Counted from the first letter of the stretch, positions 1 to 41,620 are shown. The stretch: 64,000 nt of DNA from Amoebidium appalachense (GCA_963693365.1 CAVNZM010000014.1:1364001-1428000); one strand, 5' to 3'. A program made the numbers and translations. The notes: generated from the letters alone by a model not told the origin.

Positions 1-251
1 TGCAATATCCATTGGATTTATATTCTGCATTCGAGTGTTCCTGGATATTGTGATTTGCATGTGCACAAGGTGTTGGATACATGCGCTTCGTCCAGAAAAG
101 ATATCTGTTACACCACAAAAGAGCAAGCCCCGAGCATTATCCCAATTATTAGAAATGTTGCCATTTGTTATGCCGCGATGTTTTTACATAATTGCTATGA
201 TTGTTATATCTCCGTGTTTTGGATATTTTACTAAATCTTATATCTCCACAG

Positions 252-368
252 GCCTTTGAAGACTACCGGGCTGGGAAACTCGGTAAGATCGAAGGGTCAG
301 AGGAGAGATATGCAAAGACGGATGCCGCACGGAAAAAACAGAGGGAGTCCGGTAGAACTGACCTGTGA
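252..368 (+). CDS. Terminal exon of a pirin-like (bicupin) protein; rest of gene lies upstream of the window
   Basis: Acceptor ...ctccacag|, then AFEDYRAGKLGKIEGSEERYAKTDAARKKQRESGRTDL-TGA. AFEDYRAGKLG resembles the C-terminal motif of pirin family proteins (recognised by eye). Confidence 0.65.
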   Translation, partial: AFEDYRAGKLGKIEGSEERYAKTDAARKKQRESGRTDL

Positions 369-996
369 AATGACACTTTCCGGTCTGGGATATGATAAAT
401 TGCATACCATTTTTACGGCTTTTTCCGCAAGGTTGGAGACTGGATTGTCTCAAAATATAGAACCTGTGGTGCGAAGGTGTAAAACTAGATAGATTTTGTT
501 ATATAACAGACATATATATTTTGCTTAGTCCAAGCCAGATATATACATAAAGAGGTATCATAGTGGCGTGATGTGTGTTGCCAGTTTCCCGTTTATGTTC
601 TAGTTTGCTAGTATGTAGCCACATCTCAAACCCTTTTTTCACGCGTACGTATGTTCGACACATTCAAGAGTAGCTATAGATCATGTAGTATGTAATTGAT
701 AGTCTTCTTTTACCTCAGTTTTTGACACATATGTGAATATTTAGTGCACACACACAAGTATGACATGAAACCTGCACCATCGGATCCTCCCGTGTAAAAT
801 TTAATGCCGCAATTGTCCAACGAGGCTCCAAAATAAACCGCTCTAATTTTCACAATTTTTAAATTTATAGTTAAACGCTACTAGTTATGCCTGCAGCGGC
901 CAGAACCCCAGAGCGTGCACGGGTGCGCGCGGCGGGGAGCTTGAGGGGGAATCAGAATGGGTGGGGTGGGGAGGGGAAGATTTTGGGGAGAGGGAA

Positions 997-1032
<36 letters not shown>

Positions 1033-1079
1033 GGGGGGGGGACCCTCATGTTAATAGTCATCTACTGCACGGCCATTAG

Positions 1080-1641
1080 AACATGTGCACGATTGAAGAA
1101 AATTTCCCTAGTGGATTGCCGTTTTATCACCAGTCTCGGCCCCCTGGCTGGTCTTCCCATCGAGGAGATCACGGTACTCAGGGGGGTTTTCACGACATTG
1201 GAGCCACTCTCCGCCTGCAAACGCCTACGCTGTATAACAATGACTTCTCTTTCGGGCATTGCCACACTGGCGCCGTTGGCCGGTCTACCACTCGAATATG
1301 CCGTGTTTCGAAATCTCTCAAATCTCACTGATATCGATGCGCTGGGGCAGTGCACATCCCTTAAAGGTGTGGAAATGAAGGACGTACCGGATGTAGACAA
1401 TGTGTTGTGTTTGGCTGGCCATCCATCTCTGTGTAGGTTGGAGGTGAGAAGACAATGTCCATGGGACCTCACACAGCCGCAGCCAACGGTGAAAGTGGTG
1501 AGTTTAGACTCCTCCCTGCCCCCACCCCCTGGCTGCCTTTTTCAAACACACGCGCGCGGACCGTCGGACACATGTAATCTGCATAGGCTTGGCATGTCGT
1601 ATCTTTTAGAGTTTTGTGCAATTTTCATAATCCCTGCCTGA
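1080..1641 (+). CDS. Leucine-rich-repeat protein exon/fragment (start and end uncertain; possibly pseudogenic)
   Basis: Repeating LxxLxLxx(C/N) units: LKKISLVDCRFITSLGPLAGLP, LRCITMTSLSGIATLAPLAGLP, LEYAVFRNLSNLTDIDALGQC. Possible acceptor ccattag| before 1080 and possible donor gtgaga at about 1444. No convincing phase-compatible first exon found. Confidence 0.6.
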
Positions 1642-1879
1642 ACCAATGTGCATGTGCATGGTGAAAGGCATGAACGGTATGTATACGTTTCATGCACAGT
1701 GTGCAAGTCATGGTTGTTATTGCAAAGACGAACTGTGTGCATGTCATTTCATGCACGTTCAGGTCACTGCACTGTATGTTGCAATTGGGTGAAAGCCAAA
1801 AAAACTGCCTTGTATAAGATGGATTGATGTAACCTCCCCAACCTGTCCCTCTTTCTCTCTGACGCATTTTACTTCCCCC

Positions 1880-1910
<31 letters not shown>

Positions 1911-2103
1911 AAAAGAAAAAGACAGAGAGAAAGCGAGGGAGGGAGAGAGGGGGGGGGAGATAGAGAGAGAGAGAGAGATACAAAAAACTCGCTGTGTTGT
2001 ATATTCACCGCCCAGATAGCACAGGCATAGGGAGAAAATATGGGTGGGTGAACGGCGGTGGTGGTGGGGGGTGTGGGTGCATGCTCTTTCGTTCTTTACC
2101 TTT

Positions 2104-2156
<53 letters not shown>

Positions 2157-3004
2157 GGGGGGGGGGGGGGGGGATGTTCTCCGGCAAAGTACTTATTCGA
2201 ATTCTTTCCGGAGCAGGCTTGGAATGATCTCCCGATGATCCTTCACATGGACCTGTAGGATGTGTCCGTGCTCTGCATTACGGTGGGAAAGAATGGTAGT
2301 GGCTGTTTAGCCGAATATTGCCTTCATGTTTTTTCTTTGTTTTGGTTTTGAATTTTATATTTGCTTTGTTTGCTTTGTTTTCTATCTGAATGTTAATTCA
2401 TTGGTTGTTATGCTGTAAGGATATGGTCTATGCAAGACTTGTGAGGTTGTTATCGTGAAAATCAAGGGCTCAATATCTGGTGTCATTTTTCTTTTCAAAT
2501 CTGCACACCCTCACCAATAGATATCAAATTTGCTTTTGCCATTTATGTTCAAATCATGAATTGAATGCCTGCGAAGAAAACCTGTAAATAGTAGATACAA
2601 GGGGCACGGGCACGCCACTTTGTCGATTTAAGCACAAAGAACGCATGGGGGCAGTACATATCATGGAGTGTAGATAGATGTTGATACCGGTGCACACGGC
2701 TCCCCCATGCCTTCACCTAAACTTTGGCCACGCGTACGCACATATGTCCGAGCACCAGGTCCGAGCACCTTTGTTTGCTATAAACTAACCTACTTGAGCT
2801 TAATTAAACCAAAAAACAATGGCTGTGACGGAAATGGTTCTCTGAACCTTTTTGAGGCTCATGAGAGCATGTTTTCTACAGGTATCGGTTACAGCCTTCC
2901 TAGTTGTGAACCAAATCAAGGGCATGCGCAAGGGTAGTGCTGTGGGTGCTGTTAGTTGATGGTTGGGTAGAGCCTGCAAATAAACACAGGACAACACCGT
3001 TTAG

Positions 3005-3110
3005 CCCCCGGGCCGAATGTTTCTTCTAAACCCAGGCCCATACCATATCTCCCCCCCCCCTCCCCCTCCGGGCCGAATGTTTCTTCTAAACCCAGGTCCG
3101 TACCATATGC
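3005..3110. repeat. Tandem duplication, 60-bp period
   Basis: ccgggccgaatgtttcttctaaacccagg(c/t)cc(a/g)taccatat occurs twice, 60 nt apart. Confidence 0.85.
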
Positions 3111-3294
3111 CCCCCCCTTTTTCTTTCCCCCCCCCCCCCCCTCCCCTCCCCCCCCCCCCCCCCCCCCTCTCCCGGCCCGTCCCTTGCCTGCAATTTTTAT
3201 TTATTTTTTGTATTTTTGCGACAATTTGTGTTTTGTTTCTTGATGCCTCGTCGATGCCCTCCGCCTCCATCATTCAAACCTCTAATGCATACAT

Positions 3295-3332
<38 letters not shown>

Positions 3333-3694
3333 ACCCCCACCTCGCCCCTCCTTCCCTCCCCCCCCCCCCCCCCCTCGGAGTCTCCCCCCCCCCCCCCCCC
3401 CCCCCCAATACCCGTGGGAATTGTGGTCGTGTGTATGTTTGAATGTGTCTGTATGTTGAACTTTGCGTGTGCGCGTGCCTGTGCCTGATTGGCTAGCAAA
3501 AACCGTCGAATAACCAATCAAAACCTCGGGAGGAAAATTCCAGAAGGAGATTTCATGATATAGCACTGCTCGAAATGGGTACCCTATGGCGGCAGATTGA
3601 GAGTATTTTTGTTGTGCGCGTGTGTGATTGTTTGTGTGTGTGTGTGTGCGTGTGTGTGTGTGTGAAGAGGGGGGGGGGGGGGGGGGGGGGGGAT

Positions 3695-3945
3695 TGTAGA
3701 GCAGCATTAAGGATTCTTGATTTTGAAACGGGGAGGGGGGTAGTAACTACTTGGGGGGGGGGGGGGGGGGGGGAACCCACCCACTCCTCCAGCTAGCAGG
3801 GGGAGGGCAGGGGGAGGGGGACCCACCACCCACCTGAGCAGGGTGGGTCTCCCCCCCCCGTGGGGGGGGGGAAGGGGGGACCCACCCACCCCATAGGCTG
3901 ACATCATGCGAAAGTTTAAAATATATCAGATATCTGATCACATAA
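3695..3945 (+). repeat. Dispersed repeat family A (related copies at about 4820-4950 inverted and 43760-44030)
   Basis: ggaccca/aaccacccac...ggtgggtc...ccccataggctg(a/c)catcat...tatcagata..ctgatca is shared with 43920-44030. ggattcttgattttgaaacgggg matches the reverse complement of 4895-4935. Confidence 0.6.
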
Positions 3946-4353
3946 TAGTACTATAATCAGCAGCAGTTCACATACAGTGCCAAAACGTAAACATTGAGGC
4001 TAACTAATAGGAAATAGGATTCCTTGATCACTTGCAACTCAGGCTATATGCCATACGGTCATAGTCCCCACCTCCCTCCTTCCCCTCCCTGCCCTCCCCG
4101 CTCCAGGCCTCCCTTCTCCCCCCCTCCCCCCTGGGGGGGTGAACGGGTGGGAAGTGTGTGTGTGTGTTTGTGTGTTTGTGTGTGTGTGTGTGTGTGTGTT
4201 TGTGTGTTTGTGTGTGTGTGTTTGTGTTTGTGTGTGTGACACTGTGTGTGCGTGTGCGTGTGTGCGTGTGCGTGTACCGGCGAGCGCACGCGCCCGTGTG
4301 TGTGCATGTATGCGCGCGCACACACACACGTGTTTGTGTCTGTGTGTGTCACG

Positions 4354-4420
<67 letters not shown>

Positions 4421-4423
4421 CGT

Positions 4424-4485
<62 letters not shown>

Positions 4486-5961
4486 CAGTGTGTGTGTGTG
4501 TGTGTACATACATGACGTATGTGTGTATGTGCGTGTACGTGTACCTCCGCACATGCGCATGCGCGTGTGTGTGCATGTATGGGTGTGCGCGCGCGCACGG
4601 TGTGTAGTGCGCGTGTGTGTGTACATGTACACGTGAGTGTGTGTGTGCATGGGGGGGAGGGGGGGGGGGGAGGGGAAGAAGAGGGGGATATGCATCAGTG
4701 GCCAAAACGAATATATATATCGTCTTTGGTGGGTGGAAACTTCGGAGACTCTTTAATACCATGATCATGCGCATGCAAGGGGGGAAGGGGGGGGGGGGGG
4801 GGGGGGGGGGCACTCCGCCAGGGGGACCCACCCACCCCTGCGGCTACCTTGGGGAGGGGGGAGGGAGGTACCACCAGGGGGGACGTCGATATTTACTACT
4901 CCCCCCCCCCCCATTTCCAAATCAAAAATCCCTTACTCGGGCTCCACTGGCAGCTCCAACCAGGAAAAGCAAATGATTGTTGAACAGATCCCCCCGTGTT
5001 CAAATTCGGCGGCAGCTGGTTGGTGTATAATTGCGGTGGGTGTGTCTATTGGCTGAATATCATATCTAAAATAGCCGATACGCTATATTAATATTGATAT
5101 TAAAGCCAAACTGCCCACACTCTTGCTAAGCTTTTCAGCGTACATGTACAGAAAACACGCCTGGTGGATATGAAGGCGCTCTCGCGACCACACCTTCAGT
5201 GGTAGTACAGGTGGGATATACCAAAACCCTAGTTGGGTACACACCCACAAACGCACATCATAAAAAAGGAGGGCACACATCATCTGAGAAAGAAAAAAAA
5301 CGAAAAGGAAACATTCACAATCCCGCCTTCTGTTTCCTCCACAAATTACAACACATACACGTGCAGGAATTTCGTTCATCACAGTAAATTTGTGGTTTTT
5401 ATTGGGCTTGTGTGGTGTCATATATACTATGAAGAAAATTGCCCGAAAAAAGCCGGTGCTAGCCCCAGAGGTGCCTTGGATATCCGGACAGAAATAGACT
5501 ATCCAACATAGCCCAGATATACCGGGCTGCACAGGGCAGAGCTGGAAACATAAATGGAATTCTCGTATGAAGACAAGAGACTGCACCAGTAAAAAACGAT
5601 ATCTCCTCCTAACTTAGGTATATCAAAAGGGTTACCCCTGCCACCAAGCCCGATAATCATTGCTGGTGGCCTGAATACCCCCGGCACCAACTAGCTCGTT
5701 ATTCCATAAATCACCATATATATCCCCAGAAAATCTGTGTTAACGTTACTAACATGAGCACCACAGTAATTTAAAAAACACAATCATCCAAGTCAAATTA
5801 CCTTCAATATATCCAAGCATTTGTATCACCTAGCATGTTACCTGCCCTTGTGCCCTCCTGTACTCCCACACCCCCGCCACCACCAGCAACCCACAAAACC
5901 TATAGCCATAGACTTATAGTTGCTCTCGTTGCTGTCAATCTCGATGCCGGCCTAGGGGGCG

Positions 5962-6010
<49 letters not shown>

Positions 6011-7455
6011 TGATGAGGGAGAAGGTGGGGGAGAAAAGGGGGGGGGGGGGGGGGGGTATGGGGGAGGAGAAGGGGAAGGGGGGGGGGGGGGGAGGGAGGG
6101 AGGGGAGGGGGTCATAGGTAGGGTAGCAATGCAGTAAGGGGCGTGCTTCCTTTGTGATTGTGGATGTGTTGATATGACTATTTGCGCTGGTGGCCCCGAA
6201 AAATGGAGAGAAGGGTAGGTGGCACGGGCATCAAGCTAGGGGAGGCCTAGGGGGGAGGGGGGGGGGGGGGGGGAGGGGAGGGGACGGGGGGAGGGAGGGG
6301 GGGGGGGGGGGGGAGGGAGGGGACGGGGGGAGGGAGGGGGGGGGGGGGGGGGAGAGAGGGATGCAAGGGGGAGCAGGTGGGGAAAGTGGACGTGTGTGTG
6401 GGAGGGGAGGGAGAGGGTGATGGGGGAGGGGGGGCAGCAAAAGGGGGGGGAAGGGTCCCTATTGCGTGGACCTCCCCCCCCCCCCCCCCCCCCCCCCCCC
6501 CTACTTCCGGGGCCCACGGGGTTTCCAACCACTAACCACCTCCACATCAAATCATTATAGTACAGACCTTGAAAGATTTCCATACATGTATATGCCTATG
6601 TATATATATCAACATGGCTCTTCGATTCAGAGCGTCTACATGCCGCCCATACTCCAGCTCAGCTAGGCTACCTATAGCACCTTCATATATTCATGCATAT
6701 GGTTGTCACTCCCGTAGTATTGGTCAGGTGTTGGATAGCAAACTATCCAAAGTAAGACAAAGGAAAGGCATACTTAGCCTTGATTATTTACCAGCCCGGG
6801 AGTCTGGATAGCAGAACTCGGGGAGAACCAGTCTCAAGTAATAAACATGAGTGTAATGAGTCAGACAAGGAGATATATGTAAAAGATTGAAAAATTAAAA
6901 ACGTAAACTCTTTCGTATAAAGTATGGCATAGCCTGTTACGGTATATCGTACTACCTATCTTGAGAGAAAAAGACCACACCTACATTCATTCATTCACAT
7001 ACACCTGCTCATACGCAATAGCACACAACCTACCTACGAGCACGTAAAATCCAAACCATGCCGACAAGAAATAATAATAATTATGTCACACGCGTTGTAG
7101 ACACAAACACCTTCGCCTTGGATCTGCCCAACATCCAGAACTACTTTTCATCAAAAAGCCTGCAACCTTACAGCAACCGCTCACACATCCAACCATAAAT
7201 CTCAAGCCGTGCAATCATCTACTTAAGAGACCCCCATCATTTTCTGAAAACCTTCACTTCTTATTGGCTTCATCCAATCATAAATCTCAAACTGCATCAT
7301 CTTCTTTCCTATAGGCTAAAAGTCATCATAAGCCGGTTACCATACTGGGGCCAACCAATCACACATCCAATCATAAATCTTAATCTGCAATCATCCACAT
7401 TAGAACAATCCTACCCCCAATACCATTTCTCAATGGCTACTGCTCACGTGACTCG

Positions 7456-27909
<20,454 letters not shown>

Positions 27910-27935
27910 CTCTGCTACCACCTGAACAACTCCAC

Positions 27936-27989
27936 CTGGATAAAAAGGTGTGTAGCAGTTAGTGTGTGTGCTAATGTGTGTGTGTGTGT

Positions 27990-28056
<67 letters not shown>

Positions 28057-28188
28057 AGGGGGGGGAGCGGGCGCGCGGGGGGGGGGGGGGGGGGGGGGGG
28101 AGCGGGCGGGGAAGGGGGGGGGGGGGGGGGGGGGAGGAGGGAAGGTGTGTGTGTGTGTGTGTGTTGGGGGGGGGGGGGGGGGGGGGGG

Positions 28189-28226
<38 letters not shown>

Positions 28227-28271
28227 GGGGGCGGGGAAGGGGGGGGAGAGGGGGGGGGGGGGAGGGAGGGA

Positions 28272-28318
<47 letters not shown>

Positions 28319-28590
28319 CGCGCGTGTGCGTGTGTCCGTGTGTGTGTCATATGATGTTACTTGTGTGTGGTGTGTGCTTTCTTTTTTTTTTTTTTTTTTT
28401 GGCAGGGGGGAGAAGGGGGGGGGGACAGTTGCAAGTGGGCCTGAAGAATTCTCAGGTGGAAACAAAATCCGGCAAAAGTGTGCACTCAAAAGAAAGGGGA
28501 CAAAAAGAAAAGCTGCTGTCACAGCTGGTAACAGGGGAGGGGGGAACCATGGGGAGAGTGCCAATTAGAGCCACGCACCATCTCCCCCCC

Positions 28591-28624
<34 letters not shown>

Positions 28625-28855
28625 CGCAAAAAAAAAAAAAAAAAAAAAAAAAAAGAATGCCTTCCCCCTCTATGTAAAAAGAAAGAAGAAAAACTAGAAG
28701 CAAACACAAACTGACAAGAAAGACAAGTCAAACCACACGGCTTGGCGGTTTGTCTGTTGGATAGAAGAAGGGAGGGGAGGCAGTAAAGTGAGTGTGGTAG
28801 TGGTGTGCTTGGTGTGTGTGTGTGTGCGTGTGTGTGGTTAACCGGGTGGATGGGT

Positions 28856-28889
<34 letters not shown>

Positions 28890-28969
28890 GGGAGAGAGAG
28901 CAGAAGGGGGGAGGGGGGGGGGAGCGAGGGGGGGGGGGGGGGGAGAGCGAGAGAGCGAGAGAGCAAGAG

Positions 28970-29011
<42 letters not shown>

Positions 29012-30516
29012 CGGGAGAGAGAGGGGGGGGGGGGAAGGAGAGCGAGGGCGGAGACGGGAGGGGAGAGAGGGAGGGGCGGAGAAGAGGCGGAGAGAGAGGG
29101 AGAAAGTGAGAGAGGGGGAGAGAGGGAAAGAGAGGAGAGACCGAAGAGGTGGAGAGGGAGAAAGAGAGAGTAGAGCCATTTTAAGTGTTCGACACAAGTG
29201 TCAGGTAAGGAGCGAGCTTGGTGGCTAGGGCGGGAACCGCACAGAACTAAGAAAGGGAAACAAGCTCCCTCAAGAAGTCACACCAGACAAGCAGACACAC
29301 CAACCTAAGTGATGATAGTGAATGAGGCAGATCAAGCTGACACCCTTTGGCCAACATGCAACTATTTAGGCTAGCTTTCAGCCCCCCAGCCCCCTTATTC
29401 CCCCTCTTCCAAAGGAAAAAGGGAACAGACCCTCCGCCAAACTACAAAAACTTTGGGTCGTGTATACTAGTCTCAGAAAACGCATTGGAATTCATCAAGC
29501 AAACAATAGGGAGGGTGAGGAGCATGGGAGGGTGAGAGAAAAACGGGGGAATGTTAGAAACTTGCCGGGTAGAAAAATGCCTATAGTGTGTGTTTTTAGA
29601 TATTCTCCAAACTTAACGAAAAACGGATGGACCACCGTGTCACCTAACCGTTGTAGAGAGCACAGGAAGCTTGAGGGCACCAAGCATCAACACTGCATTG
29701 TTGAGGAAAATGATGTTACCTGTGAAGAAGGATTCACTCTGCTTCGCACACACTCACTCGGGCCCCAAAAGTCCCACAAGACCTTTCCGGGTCCACACTT
29801 CCTTTTGTGTAGAGCGCTTAAAGCTTAAGTTGGGCTTGTAATTTCAGGTAATCCCTTGGTGGTGCAACACAAACACATCAGAGTATCCACCCTTACACCT
29901 ACACGCCTGCAACCAAGAATCAAGAAGCTAGCCTAGTAGAAAAAAGAATTCCCTCCTTCTTTGGCAACCCTTTGTGCCCTTTTCATCCCAAGAGAAATAG
30001 TCAATCAATTCTCCACACCTTCGTTTCCTTGAAAAGGTGTGACTCTGAAACTTGAAACATAACCGGCGAAACACCTTTTTGTGCAGGGATGATGTCATTA
30101 AGGACACTGCGGAGGGATGATACTTGCGAGGATGAATGAATCAAGGTTCGCCCCGGCCACACACGATCATTCAGTGCCTTCCTCGATAGCATATAATGTG
30201 ACTCAATCGCAAGTGTCATCCCGAGTCATCCCAAGGCTAACAGAGTTAGCGCCAGAAAGTCATAAGCTCATATGTTATACCCCTTACAAGCAGGGCATTA
30301 TACTCTTGTTTAGCTGCTTGGAAAGTTTGTGAGGTCTAGTTGTGGGGTTGCAGGAAAAAGAGGTTTTCCTTTCTTACTGCTACATTGATTCTGTTCTCGA
30401 CCACCGGTACATCCGGAGGTTGTGTTACAGAAGGATCATAGACTTCCTTGATGTGAATCTTTAACAAAAAGGCAAAAAAAGTTTTGTAGTCAAGATACAC
30501 GTACCCACTATCCACC
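27936..30516. promoter_or_regulatory. Divergent 5' region between ankyrin-COP1 (-) and TRAPPC5 (+); probably includes an upstream COP1 exon and intron
   Basis: Head-to-head gene arrangement. A branch point (ctaac) and acceptor precede the COP1 ATG exon at 27935; a candidate minus-strand donor CACAG|gtaac lies at about 29719. Confidence 0.45.
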
Positions 30517-37439
<6,923 letters not shown>

Positions 37440-37566
37440 CATGCATGGTTTGGGCACTGTCTAATACGTTATGTTAAGACGAAGTGTTTTGCCGTGGTTG
37501 CCTGTTGTTTGTTCTTGCTGGCATGGTGATTGGGGGCGCTGTCTCATCAACCCAGTTTTTTTTTTT

Positions 37567-37597
<31 letters not shown>

Positions 37598-37842
37598 TGT
37601 AGTAAACCGTTATGAAAATCAGGGTTATTATATAAAAACGGTAATGTTTTCGTGACAAGAGGAATTTTTTTGAAAGGATCAGTACCACTTTGTCGTGTTA
37701 TCGGGTTCGTGTTTTTATATATTGTGTGTCTCCCAAACCTTTGTCTCTCTCTCTCTAGGTATGATAATCGCTGATCATAGCTCGTTTCACTTCGAAGGTT
37801 TTTGTGTGCGCATGCGTGTTGTGGTCGTGGTGGTGGTCCAGG

Positions 37843-37881
<39 letters not shown>

Positions 37882-38050
37882 ATGGCAAGGTGAGATATTT
37901 AGACAGGAGATAATGCTCTGATTTACTCAACCCTCCACAACCCACGTACAGAGAAGCTTTACGGAAACCATATATTTATATACATATATTGCTCTATGAC
38001 AAAGCTTATTGAGGCAGCATCAATAAAAACCACCCAGGATGATTACAAGG

Positions 38051-38098
<48 letters not shown>

Positions 38099-38937
38099 AC
38101 ACACACACATACACACACACACACCCTCTCCCGCGGGAACCGCATGCGCAGGCCCCTCTCGAAATTCAATCAATACCCTATCCGATAACATCAAAAGCAT
38201 GACCTAATAACCTATCATGCCCGGTTACATCTTTACCACCAAAACCTTCACCCATATCCAGTAATTTAATTAGACACATTACCACACATAAATGCCCCCC
38301 CCCCTCCCTCCCTCCCTCGAGCTCCCCCCTCTCTCTCAGAAAAAGGAAAAAATAAAAAAGAAAAGAAAAGAAAGAAAAGAAAAATAATAATAATAACCAA
38401 CCACCACCAAAAAGAAAAATGGCAAAAAGGATACAAATAAAATAACAACGTCAAGACCTTGAATATGGGGGAAAGAAAACTATGCAATTTGATGATAACT
38501 TCAGCGATATGGTGGTTACGCGTGGCAGTTAAGAGAAAAATAAGACGAGTCCATCGTTCAAAAAATGGATCGTTTTCACTGATATGTAATGTCAATGTAA
38601 CAACGAGTGGAACAGGAGTTGGGAAGAAAGCACTCAGTTGAAGCCGGAAGAATCATTGTTCAGGCTAGGAAATTTGGATGAAGAACGATGGCCAATTTTA
38701 ACACGTACACCTGAAACAATTGCAATTTGAAGCTAACAACAGAAGCCAATTGCAAAAACAAGACTTAAGCAACCACCGGAATTAATTGTAAAGCTATCCG
38801 TTTTGAAGTCTCTGACCACTCTCGGCCCCATTTTCGACCACGTATGTAGGATGTTACATAACCCACCGCCTAGCCCAAGAGATGGAGCCGACGAGAAGGA
38901 CCTGTGATGGGCAACCAGTATGAGATATACTGATATA

Positions 38938-38969
<32 letters not shown>

Positions 38970-39809
38970 ACACACACACACAAACAACAACAACCCCACC
39001 AACCACCACCACCACCGATGTACCACCACCACCACCACCACCCACCCACCCACCCACCCACCCACCCGATTTCGCATCCCACGCGGTGAAGTTTCCAGCC
39101 GGACCCAAGACATATACCAGCTACAGCCAAACCATTTTGCAACACACACACACACACCACGTCGTTGAGCCGTGGTATGCGCGTGATACACACACACACA
39201 CGCACGTGCAAGGGCGCGTGCGCACAGTCACACACACACGTGTGAAATATTGTAAGCGGGCTTGGGAATGGGGAGAGGGGGGAGGGGGGGGGGGGGGGGG
39301 GGGGCATGACGGGATACGTTACGGAGGAGGGGTAGAGGGAAAGCAAAGAGTTCTTAGTCACTGCACATGTCTCTATGTCTCGAAGGGCATATGTGAATGG
39401 AGTACTAGTAATGAGAGGTCAAGTGGAGTAAGGTGGGCAGGTGGGATATAAGGGAGCTTGTGATGGGGCAAAATGTTGTAAGTGGCTGAACTTTGCATGT
39501 GGGCACGATGTGTGGTGGGTGTAAGCGTGCACTGTCTGTGTGCGCACGCGTGCACACGTCTGTGTGCATATGCACATGTGTGTGTGTGTGTGTGTGTGCG
39601 TGTGCGCACGGTAATGTAGGTTTATGGCTAGTGGTACAGCCAAACGGTCAAAATATAAGAAGCTTTTTTTTAACGTTTTTTGGCTCAAAGGGGGGACTCC
39701 GAGAAGCCTTAGGGGAGGGGGTGGGGAAGGGAGGGGGGGGGGGGGGGGGGGGGGGGGGGAATAGTATATGAGTGTGTGGGGGAAGGGGGTGGACCCGTAC
39801 CGCGGATTG

Positions 39810-41620
39810 TTATTCTTGTTCCCTCATTTGTATTGCCCGCTCGAGTTCTGCTATTCGCTCCTTCGATTCTTGATGCTCTGGTTGCGAAAGCACGGAACGA
39901 GCCCATTTGCCACAGACTCGGCCTATTGATTCGAGAGTTAGTTTTGGACACGCGTCGCGCGCACCAAGTAGTCGAGATGGGGGTTTGCACCGATGTTTAC
40001 ATTTTCCAAATTCGGGTGCTTTCGAAAACACTCGATAGTGCGCAGTTCGGGTATATGTTCCAGTGTTAGTGTTTGCATTGACCGAATGTCCGCGAGTGCG
40101 GAAATATCCGAGAGGATATAGCACGAGGACAATCGGATGGTGGAGAGTTCCGGTGCACAAAAGGGTCCCTCCCCGAGACTCTTAAGAGCCCAGCAGTTCT
40201 CGATTGATAAATTCATCAAGCACGGGTGGTTCAGTCAAGGAATGGTCGCCATTCCGAGAACCCCGTCTAAGCACAGAACCTTCAAACTTGGAAAGTGGCT
40301 GATAGTATTGACCTCACAAAGTTCCTCGCAGTTCACAATAGAAACATGTGACAGTGCCGGTGCAAACACTTCGTTTTCCTCCTGCCATAGGGTGGTGAGA
40401 AATACGCAGCTTGATGGAAAGGGAGGTCACGTGTGCATGGTTGAATCGGAAGAGTGTGTTCAGGCCTAGGTGCTCTAGGTGGATTTCTTTGATGTTGGGA
40501 ACATGCCGCAACCCGGTGATGTTTGTCAGTAAGGGACAGGATTAAAGCGTGACGATTTCCAATTGTGGCGCACTTGCAAAGTCCCCTCCGAATTCCGCCA
40601 ATGAATCACAGTCGTCGATGAGGATGTTACGCAAACGTGGGTGGTTTAGCGGAAACGACGTGAAATCGTCACCCAATGACGAGAGTTTGAGTTTAACAAC
40701 CGAAGTCAGCGTCAAAACCACGTTGCCGAGACCTGGACATCGCTGTAGGTAAACTTCTTTAAGGTTGTGGCAAAATAACAGGCCGCCCAAATCGCGGAAG
40801 GTCGGGCAGGCGGAGATTGAGACCCCTTGAAGATGGCTAGAAAAGGAGGAAGAATGAACAGCACGTAGAGTAGGTATGTGGTTAATCCACAGTGCGCGTA
40901 GGCGAGAGTAATTATCCAGCGAAAAATCGTCGGAAACCTGAATATTTTGTGGAACAAACGTATGGCGGCCACACAATTCGAGACGTGTTAACGAGCGAAG
41001 CTGTGAAAAGGTATCGAACGACGTACACCCTTCAGCAACAGAAAAGGAGCGGAGGGTCTGTGCATGGTTTGCCACGAGCGACGCAATTAGCTCATCTGCC
41101 CGAGTCGGCGTATCGAGTGTTAAAAGCAGTATGTAAACGTCAGTCAATATGGAATACCGCCCGTTTACATGGATGAGAATGGTCGCAATGTCGCTAAACA
41201 CACGGTGTGATAAAGGACAACTACGCCAGGAACCATAGAATCTGACACTTACAGCCGATGGGTCAACACACGATATATACAATTTGCGAAGCCAAGCATA
41301 CCGCACCTCCAACTCACGCTCCGTAGGTGGCTGGCTGTTATCATGCTCGGCAAAAATTCGTCAACGTAAACAACTACCTTCCCTACCGCTCCTTCCCACG
41401 GTTTCAACGTCTCCAAATCTCGCCAGATTGTAATCGAATGCACTGGTTGCTTTGTTCTGCGTGCACTGCCGGGAACGCGTAATGTGATTGTGCCAGCATC
41501 GGAAGACCGCGCTAGTTTGCTGAAATGGCGGCAAACAGAGAAAACGAAAGTCGGTCCGCAGTTGGTAGTTGGCGTAGAATCTGAAACAACAGCTCTGGGA
41601 AGAGGTGGTAGAGGGGACCA
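39810..41620 (-). pseudogene. Decayed F-box-like/LRR gene
   Basis: LRR units (LRALWINHIPTL, LKEVYLQRCPGL, LRNILIDDCDSL, LMNLSIENCWAL, LSTIRLSSCYIL) continue across in-frame TAA (about 40542) and TGA (about 40235) stops and at least two frameshifts. N-terminal LPPLP...SVCRHFSKLA is weakly F-box-like. Confidence 0.75.

Noticed and set aside
3695-4950. One 1.25-kb element with terminal inverted repeats
   Set aside because: The ends are only loosely similar and no target-site duplication is visible; two inverted copies of a dispersed repeat explain it equally well.
40230-40545. In-frame TAA and TGA in the LRR region as evidence of a non-standard nuclear code
   Set aside because: Frameshifts accompany them, and neighbouring genes use TAA and TGA as normal stops; pseudogenisation is simpler.
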